A DNA stretch of 63,884 bases, counting the filler, from Chrysochromulina tobinii (lineage: Eukaryota), in assembly GCA_001275005.1 (NCBI GenBank). It is 7 parts of 7 records of this genome, joined end to end, with 100 filler letters (N's around TTAATTAATTAA, not from the genome) between each part and the next. Parts side by side here need not be neighbours in the genome. Positions count along the whole stretch, not along the records: positions 43,059 to 53,049 come from JWZX01000657.1; positions 53,150 to 62,721 come from JWZX01000658.1; 5 more parts are not named here. One strand, 5' to 3'. The position numbers and the translations under genes were made by a program. Shown piece after piece: positions 45,409 through 56,100 of this stretch. The notes beneath the pieces are model-generated. The model was not told the DNA's origin. It made no database searches and was given only the letters and a program-made list of their open reading frames with translations. Each line of letters starts with the position of its first letter. Within the stretch, counting starts at the first letter, position 1.

Positions 45409-46368
45409 GCGAGCTCAACCCGAGCTCAACCGAGATCCGACCCACTGCCAATCAAGGCGCCGGCAGATGTCTCCACCGGCAGGGACGATCCAGGGGTGTA
45501 TCCAGGGGTGGACAGGGCGAGGGGCAGGCACAGGGCTCTCTCGTGATCTGGGACACTGTGTGGGCGTGCTGTGTACAGTAGGGACCCAGCGCGCGCCGCG
45601 CAGATGGGTGTGCGGGTGCGGTGTCAGTGAGAGCCCAGGTCCCCAGGACGGTCGTCGATCCGCTCTCCGAGATATGTGGAGTTTCACGCCTTTGGTTTAT
45701 GCGGAGACCTAAGGTGTGTCCGAGCAAGACAAGCGACCATACGCGGCGTGTCCTCTTCAGTTAACGCTCCGACATCGCTACCATGATCGCTACACAGCGT
45801 AACGGAGTCATGTTGGTTCGAACTTGCAACTTCGATGGTTGATGGTACCGAGCCGACATAAAACACCGACAGTTGCACCGCACGCGCGGTCGGCGGTGAC
45901 CGGTGTAATCTGCTTCGGCCAACAAGCGGACCCGGAAGTAGGGAAGTTGCCACGTTAGCGCCAGGCCCGCCAGCGCCAAACAGGTCGCACTCACACATGC
46001 ACTCACTGACAGCAGCGCAGCACACACTCCTCACGGCGCCATCTCCACCATCTCGCAAGTGCAGTGCCAATCACGCGCGATCCGATGACACGTGCTCGTC
46101 CTTGAACAGCTTCCACTTTGCGCCTCTCTCAAACCATAAACGGGTATGCTGTAAGCACATATGGCTCTCCCATGCCGAGCGACTGTGTGCTCTGGCCTCT
46201 TGCTCTGGCCTCTTGCCCGGCCTCATGCCCGGCCTCATGCCTGGGCCTTACAGTAGATGTTCATGAAGCTGCATGGAGCATGCATGCATTTGGCGTCATT
46301 ATGAAGCTGCATGGGGCATGCATGCACTTGACGTCATTCTTCTGCGTCGGCCGTGACGGCGCCTCAGT

Positions 46369-49300
46369 CTACAGCCGCGACTGTGGCACGAGGAGATTGC
46401 GGTGCGTGTACTTCTTCTTGCCCGAGTGGAACTCTCCCACGAGGTGTGACGAATCGGAGATGAGGCGGTTACGCGTGGTGAGCAGCCCTTCCACACCCAC
46501 AGGTCCTCGTGCGTGGATGCGCGAGGTCGAGATGCCCACCTCGGCGCCTAGCCCAAGCCGGAAGCCGTCTGCGAACCGGGACGACGCGTTGTGGAAAACG
46601 TCGGCCGAGTCGACCCCGTTTAGGAAGGTCTGTGCCGCCCTCGGGTCCTCCGTCACTATGACGTCGGTGTGCCCGGAGCCGTGCGCGTTGACGTGCTCGA
46701 TGGCCGCCTGCAACGAGGGCATGAGCTCGACCGCCATCAGATGCAATCAGCGGCCATCAGTGGCCATCAGAGGTCATCAGAGGCCATCAGAGGCCATCAG
46801 AGGCAATTAACGACACTCACCTGCACAGAGGGCACAAGCTCGACCGCCATCGCGAGCGCCCCATACTCGACGCGCAACGAGGCGGCGGGCGGCAAGCCGA
46901 AGGCGACGACCGCTTTGGGGCCGCCGTACAGGGTGACTTGCGCGTCGAGGACCGCTTCCACAAGGCGCTTCGCCGCGCCGCTGCCAAGGAGCGACTCGTG
47001 GATGAGTAACGTCTCGATTGCGTTGCATGCGGCCGGGTAGTCCTTCTTCGCGTCGATCGTGAGCGCGATCGCCTTCTCAAGATCCGCGGCCGCGTCCACG
47101 TACAGGTGGCAAATGCCGTCGGCGTGGCCGAGGGTTGGGATGCGCGTGGAGCTCATGATGTGCTGCACCATCGCGTTCGAGCCGCGAGGGATCACGAGGT
47201 CGATGTCCTTATGGAGGCGTAGCAGCTGGGCGATGGCCTCCCGCCCCTCCACAAACCCGAGCACGCTCCCGCCCACCCGACCAGCACTCGACCGCTCGAT
47301 GGCGGCGGACAGCACCTGATGATGGAGGCAATCAGATGCAATCAGATGCAATCAGGCGCAATCAGGCGCAATCAGACGCTCATGGAGGGGCGCGGACAGC
47401 ACCTTGTGAAGCACCGTGTTGGTGCGTAGTGCCTCCTTGCCGCCCTTGAGCAGCACACCATTGCCACTCGCCACCGCAAGCGCCGCCACCTGCGGCAGAA
47501 CGTCCAGCCGACTCTCAACGGTGTGAAGAGTAACCAAGGGCAATCCAGTGTAATCAAGGGAGATCACACCTGCGGCAGAACGTCCGGCCGACTCTCAAAG
47601 ATGACGAGTAATCAAGGGCAATCCAGTGTAATCAAGGGAGATCACACCTGCGGCAGAACGTCCGGCCGGCTCTCAACGGTGTGAAGAGTAATCAAGGGCA
47701 ATCCAGTGTAATCAAGGGAGATCACACCTGCGGCAGAACGTCCGGCCGGCTCTCAAAGATGACGAGTAGCACGCCGATCGGAACCGTCTCCTGCTCGAGA
47801 TCGCGCGAGATATCGACGAGATCGCGTCAGAGAGAGCGGTGGCGCCATCCGTGGCAATCAATGGCAATCACACCTGCTCGAGCACGAGCCCGGGCGAGAT
47901 CTCGACGGCAATCAATGGTAATCAATCGCAATTAATGGCAATCAAACCTGCTCGAGCACGAGCCCGGGCGAGATCTCGACGAGACGCGTGGTACGCCCGA
48001 GTGGATCTGATTGCGCGCCGAGGGAGCGGATGCCCTTGGCCACGTCACCTGATGAGGGAGGCAATCAGAGGTCATTAGAGGCCATCGTAGGCCATCAGCG
48101 CCCAGGGAGCGGATGCCACGTCACCGAGCTTCTTGGGCTGATGAGGGAGGCAATCAGAGGAGGGAGCAGATGCCACGTCACCGAGCTTCTTAGGCGTTAG
48201 CAGCAGTCGTTCGGCGAGCGCGTTGTTCGCCGCGTCGCCGCCCTCCTTTGCCTGATTCGCCTCCCTCGCGCTCGCAAACGCGGCCACGTCCTCCTGATTG
48301 GCAGATACGATCTCGCTTAATGGCAATCGATGGCAATCAATGGCAATCGATGGAAATCAGTGGCAATCAACGGCACGTGCCTGATTGGCAGCTACGATCT
48401 CGTTTACGTGCTCCTCGAGCGCATCAGCCATCGCCTTCAATATGTGCACGCGCTCCTGGTAGCTGAGCAGCTGCAGCGCGCGCGCCGCCGCACGCGCCGA
48501 CTGCGCCTGCGACTGCGCACTCGGCTGTGGGGAGAGGAGGGGGCGCCGTGGTGAGCACTCGCCTGCGCCTGCGCCTGCGCACTCGGCTGCCATCAGAGGT
48601 CATCAGAGGCCATCAGACGTCATCAGACGTCATCAGACGTCGTCGGAGGCCATCGGAGGCCATCAGAGGCACCCATTTACCTGCCGAGACTGGGCGATCT
48701 CGGCGGCGAGATTGCTCGCCATGGCGCTCCGGTGGTCGAGGAACACGGTGCCGAGGTCTTCACCGGCAACGAGACGGGCAATCGACTCCTGTGGGGAAGA
48801 GAGGAGGCGGGAGGGCGCCGTGGTGAGCTGTGGGGAAGAGAGGAGGCGGGAGGGCGCCGTGGTGAGCCCTTGCATGCCGGGTGTGCATGGACGATGGCGC
48901 CGTGGTGGGCCCTTGCATGCTGGGCTGTCAGCACTGTCCGCAGGTGGGTGGTACCTGTGCGAAGCCAGAGGCGATCACGACGGCGCCGACGCCCGATTCT
49001 GCCGCCTGGAGCGCAGCCTCCACCTGTGGGGAGATGGGGTGGCGCCGTGGTGAGCACTTACATGCAATCGGATGCAATCAGACTCCACCTTCGCTTCCAT
49101 GCCGCCGCAATTAGCCGCAATCAGCCGCAATCAGACGCAATCAGGCCGCAATCAGGCTCCACCTTCGCTTCCATGCCGCCGCGGCCGCGTTCGGACTTTT
49201 CGCCAAAGGAGATCGAGGCGAGGCTGTTGCTTGTCACTATGGGCAGAAGCTCGGGCGTCTCTCCCGGCAACGGCTTGCGAGCGTACCTGATGAGGGGCGC

Positions 49301-49969
49301 AATCAGCGGCAATCAGAGGTCATCATCCATGGGCCGAAGCTCGGGCGTCTCTCCCGGTCACGGCTGGCGAGCGTACACGCCAGACACGTCCGAGAGCAGC
49401 AGCAGCAGGTCCGCCTGCAGCTCGAGCGCGATCAGCACCGCGAGAGAGTCGTTATCGCGGAAAAGCGAGCGCTCCTCTGGGCGTGCGGTCACGTCGTTCT
49501 CGTTGATCACGGGCACGCCGCCCGCGTCGAGCAGCCAGCGCAGCGAGTCGCAGAAGCGCTCCTTGCGCGTGGAGGTCTGGAAGTCGAGCTCCGTCACGAG
49601 CAGCTGGCCGCACGCGACCGAATACTGGGAGAAGAGCGTGTCGTACAAGCCCATCAGCCCGCCCTGGCCCGCGGCGGCGCGAGCTCGCGCGGACGCCGAC
49701 GAGCCGTTGTGTCCGGTCGGGTTGATAAGGTGCGCGCGGATGCTCTTGGACAGCACGGCCTGCTCGTTGAGCCGTGTCGAGCCCACGCCAATCGCTCCGC
49801 TCGCGACGAGCACCACGCGCTTGCCCTGCAGGCGCAGCTGCGCGATCTGCTCCACGACCGAAGCAATGCGGCCGATGGCGACCGTGCCGTCGGGCCGAGA
49901 CACGACCGACGTACCGACCTTGATGACCACGGTTTTCGCATCCTTGAATGTCGCACGTACGTCGGACAT
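46369..49969 (-). CDS. P5CS: Delta-1-pyrroline-5-carboxylate synthase (fused glutamate 5-kinase and gamma-glutamyl phosphate reductase); 11 exons, 744 aa
   Basis: Exons 49969-49377, 49286-49163, 49023-48955, 48788-48681, 48524-48381, 48293-48182, 48048-47948, 47790-47728, 47489-47403, 47315-46821 and 46707-46369 total 2235 nt in frame. Motifs [51 protein letters not shown]. Confidence 0.95.
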
Positions 49970-50137
49970 GGCGCGGTAAAAGAGGGGCGGCTGGCTGGAC
50001 CTCGGCACGAGGACTGGCCGTCTCGTTTCATTACACGAAACTCGCGATGAAGAGGTTATGAAAAACGAACACAGAGGTGATTTCCCAGCCCAGTTTTTCA
50101 CAACTTCACAGCTTCTTTGCGCTTGAACCGATGTCGG

Positions 50138-51930
50138 ATGTTTCGAGCGTCGCGCCGGGGTCCTTCCGACCCTTCCGTCCCCAGATCTTCTGCCGACACC
50201 AGGGAGCTGTTGGACGGCGAGCAGTTTGGGAGCCCGAATGGTCAGGATCCGGTGGTGAAGCTGAACGTGTGGATCCGCAACATTTACGAAATCGACGAGC
50301 AGAAGTTCTCGTGGACTGGCAAGATTGATCTGGAAGCAGCATGGCACGACCCCACGCTGGTAAGAGATAGGCAAGATGGCGAGAACTGGCCAGACACGGA
50401 TAACGAGCTCTGGCCACCGCAGTGCCCGTTTGTTGCGGCGAAAACAAGCGATGGACGCCGCGACTGGGCATTGACAACCTGATTGAGAAAAAGGCTGAGG
50501 AGACGTGGTACAAGGTGTACGAGGAGACGAAACTGCACCGGCATAGCCTCGAGTCGCCGCTGGTGGTATTCCGGACCGTGATCCACGGCGTCTTCACCTT
50601 TGACTTCGATCCTCATAAGCTTCCGTTTGACGTGCAGGAGTTGCCTATCCGGGTAGTCTCCTACCGCACGAGCGCCGACCTCTCGGACCGGCACAAGCGC
50701 CGATTCGCGCGCCTCGTCTTCGACGGCCGCCCGGGATACCCGTCCAAGGTCTTTGGGCGCGCGAACCTCCTCGCGGGCCAATGGGATCTCGACGGTACGT
50801 GGGCGATGCAATTAGAGTGCAATTAGAGTGCGATGAGAGTGCGATGAGAGTACGATGAGAGTGCGATGGAGTGCGACTGAGTGCCCTTGATGGCCTCCCT
50901 CATAGGTGAGATCAAAGTGTACGAAGGGGAGACGTCCCAGCGCTCCAGCTACTGCCGATACCCCGTGGTCGAGCTTCGCGTCCGGATGCACCGGCGCGCG
51001 AGCTTCTACGTCTTCTCTGTCTGGCTGCCCAACTTTCTGCTCGTGACGCTCGCCTTCCTCGTGCTCACGATTACATGTAAGGAGGATAACGTGAGTGAGC
51101 GCGTCGGGCTGATCGTGACGCTGCTGCTCACGTCCATCGGCTACCGTGCGAGCATGGGGCTGCCGCGCACCTCGACCCTCTCGTGGCTCGATGCCTACCT
51201 CCTCGCCTGCATCGCCGCGCTCGTCACCCTCGCCGTGTTTGCACTGAATGCGAAGATCACGATCACCTCATGGAGGGCGGTTTCACAGCTAGGGCTCCCG
51301 TTGCTCGGTCTCATTGTCGTTCAGTTGCTCGGTCTCATCTGCCTCGATCACGCTTGCCGGCGCAAGCCTGACGGTGCGGTGGAACGCAAACGGCGCTCCA
51401 CAGTCGCACTCACCACGGCCATCTTCGTCGCCTTGGGCGCCGTCTTGGGCGCCGTCTTCATCGGCAATCCGACCCCAAACAATGAGCCTCTCAAGAGCCT
51501 GGTCGAGATCTGCTTCCTCATCTGGCTGCTCCTCAACTTGGAATTCTTTATGCTCTTTTTCTTCCGCTCGCCGCTGCTGCAGCCCAGTATCAACTGCGCA
51601 CCCGATCCGAGAGAGAGCCTGATTGCGGTGCCGATTGCGAAGCTGGCGGCTGCCGCCACCCATGGGCTCCATCAGAACGTGCCGGGCACGAGCGCTGTGC
51701 CGGGCACGAAACCAGCGCGAGCGGCAACCTCGCCGGCGCGAGATCAACATCTCCACAGGGTCGCTTTTTCAACCTCGACGCGCTCGACTCAGCGCTCGGC
51801 CACGCCGTCCAGTCAGCCTCTGCCCCGTGAATATTCACACCTGCTCCGACGCGGGTCGTCCATGTCCGAAAACTCCATCAGCTCGGTCGACTCCGAAAGG
51901 GGAAGGCGGTGGCGACGGGATGGGGGGTGA
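50138..51930 (+). CDS. Cys-less pentameric ligand-gated ion channel (Pro-loop family); one intron and one apparent frameshift
   Basis: WHDPTL, WTPRLGIDN, LPFDVQEL, M1 WLPNFL, M2 SERVGLIVTLLLT, M3 SWLDAY. Intron 50795-50905. The frame change near 50441-50444 is fixed by one extra A in an A-run. Confidence 0.8.
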
Positions 51931-52538
51931 GGGTGGAGGAGACGGTGGCGGCGGAGAAGGGGGGGAGGTGGCGGCGACGGCGGTGGCGACGGCACTGGCG
52001 GAGGGGAAGGCGCTCGGTCGACTCTTTCCGAAGTAGACCAGAGGCCCACCCTTGTCAGCAGTACAGTATTTTGAGAGGAGCCCGGGTGCCCGGGAGGTAT
52101 CGAAGCGTAGGCAATAGGGTGACTGTGCGGCCCCGCGCTCGGCGGCCCTCGCCGAGCCGTCTTGCGTCTATCTTGGCCCCGCCCCAACGCCAAGGGCTCC
52201 TATCTTAGCTTAGCCGATACTTTCACGCGCCGCGCTACTTCGTACCCAAGAGGGGGCGGGTTAAGGGCGGGGAGTTGGGCGGTCGGATTATATCTGGATT
52301 CGCACCACCGCGTCCTCTACCCTCAGAGATATCTGATTTCAAACTGAGTGATTTACCGTTACCCAACGAAGGGGGAGTTGGGCGGAGGGAAGGTCAGAAA
52401 GCGGAGGTGGTGCGCCGCGGCTGAATCTCATCTTGAGCAACGGCCAGATTACGTTAGGCAAAAGCTCGTCGTGCCGAAACGCGCCGTCCCGAGCGTCCAA
52501 ATGTAGTGCCGTCCTTGGAGCGTCGTCCCGAGCATGCG

Positions 52539-52911
52539 TTAGATCCCGAAGCCGCCCGTCACCTCGAGCGTATGTCCGGTGATGTAGGATGCGAGCGGCG
52601 ATGCAAGAAAGAGCATGCCCGCCGCCGCCTCCTCGACGGTCCCCTGCATGCATGCCATGAGGAGGCCATCAGCATGCAATGAGGGAGGCCATCAGCATGC
52701 GACGAGGGAGGCAATCAGTGGCACTCAGAGGCACTCAGCGGCACACAGCGGCACTCAATGGCACTCAGTGGCACTCAGTGGCACTCAGCGGCACACAGCG
52801 GCCATCAGAGGCAATCAGAGGGGCAAGCGCACTCACCTTGCGCGCGAGCGGTACGACCGCCTTGAGCGTCTCGGCTGAGCTCCAGATTTTGGCCACGTGC
52901 TCCGGGAGTCC
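52539..52911 (-). CDS. 3' end of a short-chain dehydrogenase/reductase (FabG-like)
   Basis: Exons 52911-52837 and 52643-52539 give VPLARK/GTVEEAAAGMLFLASPLASYITGHTLEVTGG. Confidence 0.85.
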
Positions 52912-53049
52912 CTGATGAGGGAGGTCATCAGCATGCAATGAGGGAGGCAATCAGCATGCAATGAGGGAGGCCACGTGCTCCTGGAGTCCCTGATGAGTGA
53001 GGTCATCAGTACTCATCAGTGCTCATCAGTGCTTATCAGTGCTCATCAG

Positions 53050-53149
53050 NNNNNNNNNNNNNNNNNNNNNNNNNNNNNNNNNNNNNNNNNNNNTTAATTA
53101 ATTAANNNNNNNNNNNNNNNNNNNNNNNNNNNNNNNNNNNNNNNNNNNN
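53050..53149. other. Artificial contig linker/gap
   Basis: 44 N + TTAATTAATTAA + 44 N. Confidence 0.99.
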
Positions 53150-56100
53150 GGGGCGGGGAGGCAGGGATGGATGCCGAGGGGGGGGAGGGGGTGGCGCAGA
53201 GGTCCACTGCAAGAGGGCAGGGCAGCTCGTCGATCGGTTCGGACGGCGCGCGGCTCACGATCGGATTCGACTTGCGCGCCTTGCCAAGCACGAAGCACAC
53301 GCGCGACGACTGACGAATGTCTTCCTCGAATTGCGGCGACACGTCCAGGTCGGTGGCGCCGGTCTCTTCTTCGAGCATGTACTTGCGCGCGATGGCAATC
53401 GCTTTCATAGCCTGGTTGATGGCGGCCGGACCGGTCGCCACCACCTTGGGAGGCTCGCCGGACTCGCGCACCACGTAGCAGATGGCGCCTGCGACTTTGT
53501 TGGGCGTTGAGTCGGCCTTGACCTTAAGCAGGGGGTCATCGGAGGCGGCGACGTCGCTCACGCTCGCCATTGACATGTGCGAGTCGCCGGAAGAGCCGAG
53601 CCGAGGAGAGGCCGAGCGCGCGTACGGCGTCGATCGGGTCGAAGGACGCGAGCCCGAAACACCTGGTGCCTTGCCGCCGGAGCTGGGGGGTTGACCGCCA
53701 CGCCGGGCGCTATTAGAGTCGCGTGCGCCGCAAGTGCCGTGGCCGCCGCCGCCAGTGCCGCTGCCGCCGCCCTTGCCCTTCTCGCCACCGCCGCTGCCGC
53801 CGCCCTTGCCCTTCTCACCACCGCCGGGGCTTTCGCTGAATCCGGCGCCCTTGCCTCCGCTGCCGCCGCGTGGCGACTGAAGGGCGCCGGTGGAGCCAAC
53901 GCTGCCGCCGCCTTTGCCGCCGCCCTTGCCGTCGCCGCCGCCCTTGCCGCCCTTGCCGCCCTTGCCGCCGCCGCCGCCCTTGCCGCCCTTGCCGCCCTTG
54001 CCACCACTATGACTCCCTCGACTTGGAATACAAGATTTAACTCCCTTGAGTCCGGCCACGACCATGACTCCCTCGACTCCAACGTCCTTCCCCTTCAGGT
54101 CCAGCTCCGTGAGCGAGTTGGCGCGCATCTCCTTGATCGGGATCCCGTTGAACATCTCGATCTCGAGGTTGCCAAGGACAGCAGCTGCGAGCTGCACAGC
54201 GCCGTCGCCCGCAATTTTGTTGTGGCGGACGTCGATGCTTGTCAGCCCGCCCATGACGGGTATGAGTCCCGCCACGACCATACCTCCCTCGACTCCGACG
54301 CACTTCCCCTTCAGGTCCAGCTCCGTGAGCGAGTTGGCGCGCATCTCCTTGAGCGGGATCTCGTTGAACATCTCGATCTTGAGGTTGCCGAGGACAGCGG
54401 CTGAGAGCTGCGCAGCGCCGTCGCCCGCGATGTTGTTGCAGCGGACGTCAACGCGTGTCAGCGCGCCATTGACCAACAGCGCATCTGCGATGGCTTTTGG
54501 CCCTTCAGGGGTGGAGACCGGCTGGTGCCTGTAGCCGTTCCAATGAGAATGGCCGCCAATCTCATTGGATGAGAGATTTAACGCTGTCAGCGCGCCTGTG
54601 ACGGCCATCATAGCCGCCACAGCGTTTGCTCCAACTGGACCGATGCCGTTGTCCTTGAAGTTGAGCGACGCGAGCTTGGTCTCCTTGTTGCTCTGGATGG
54701 CCTCGCAGACTGCGCTTAAGCCCTCATCCTTGAGGTCGTTGCAGGACAAATCCAGGGCCGTCAGTGCGCCGTTGACGCCAAGCATGTCTGCCACATGCTT
54801 AGCGCCTGCTTCCCCGCCAATATTGTCGCGACCAGACAGATCGAGCTCCTTGAGCGTCTTGTTCTGTTTGAGAGCTTCGCAGATGGCCTTGGTGCCCTCC
54901 TCCCCTAACTCGTTCCACGCCAGGGACAGCTTCGTCAGCGCGCCATTAACGCGCAGAGCGTCGGCAATTGCTGTGATCCCTTCTGCAGTGTAAGTTCCAC
55001 GCCCATCACGATCGAGGCCGCACAGCTGGTTGCTGGAGAGGTCCAGGCTCGTCAGCCCGCCTGCGACGGCCACCATGGCCGCCACAGACTTTGATCCCAC
55101 TGGACCAATGCCGGTGTAACTGAATTTGAGCGACGCGAGCTTGGTCTCCTTGTTGCTCTGGATGGCCTCGCAGACTGCGCTTACGCCCTCATCCTTGAGG
55201 CTATTAGAGGACAAATCAAGGGCTGTCAGCCCGCCCATGACGGGTATCAGACCCGCAATGACCATGCCTCCCTCGACGCCGACGCCCTTCCCATTCAGGT
55301 CCAGCTCCGTGAGCGAGTTGGCGCGCATCTCCTTGATCGGGATTTCGTTGAAATTTTCGATCTTGAAGTTGCCAAGGACAGCAGCTGCGAGCTGCACAGC
55401 GCCGCCGCCCGCCATGTTGTTTTGGCGGATGTCGACACGTGTCAACGCGCCATTAACGCGAAGGGCCTCGGCGATTGCAGTGATGCCCTCTGCAGTGTAG
55501 GTACCACTGGCCATTTGGGTCACTCCGCAGAGTAAATTATTGGAGAGGTCCAGGCTCGTCAGCCCGCCGTTGACCAAAAGCATATTGGCCACATGCTTGG
55601 CACCTGCTGACCCTCCGATGGTGCCATTGTACCTGCTGCTGATGTCAAGCTCCTTGAGCGTCGTGTTCTGTTCTAGTGCCTCGCAGATGGCTTTGGTGCC
55701 CTCCTCCTCCAACTCGTTTTGGGCGAGCGACAGCTTCGTCAGCGCGCCTGTGACGGCTACCATAGCCGCCACAGCGTTTGCTCCAACTGGACCGATGCCA
55801 TTGTTCTTGAAGCTGAGCGACGCGAGCTTGGTCTCCTTGTTACTCTGGATGGCCTTGCAGACTGCGCTTACGCCCTCATCCGCGAGGTCGTTGTAGGACA
55901 AATTCAGGGCCGTCAGCCCGCCCATGACGGGTATGAGTCCCGCCACGACCATACCTCCCTCGACGCCGACGCCCTTCCCCTTCAGGTCCAGCTCCGTGAG
56001 CGAGTTGGCGCGCATCTCCTTGAGCGGGATCTCGTTGAACATCTCGATCTTGAGGTTGCCGAGGACAGCGGCTGAGAGCTGCGCAGCGCCGTCGCCCGCG

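Noticed and set aside
43059..49969. Acyl-CoA dehydrogenase and P5CS as fragmented pseudogenes
   Set aside because: GT/GC-AG intron removal restores continuous frames with intact motifs.
48732..49979. 415-aa plus-strand ORF and similar antisense ORFs across the window
   Set aside because: Shadows of GC-rich genes on the opposite strand, with no motifs.
27300..50450. Programmed frameshifting at about 27330 and about 50443
   Set aside because: Both fall in homopolymer or low-complexity runs, so sequencing indels are the simpler explanation.
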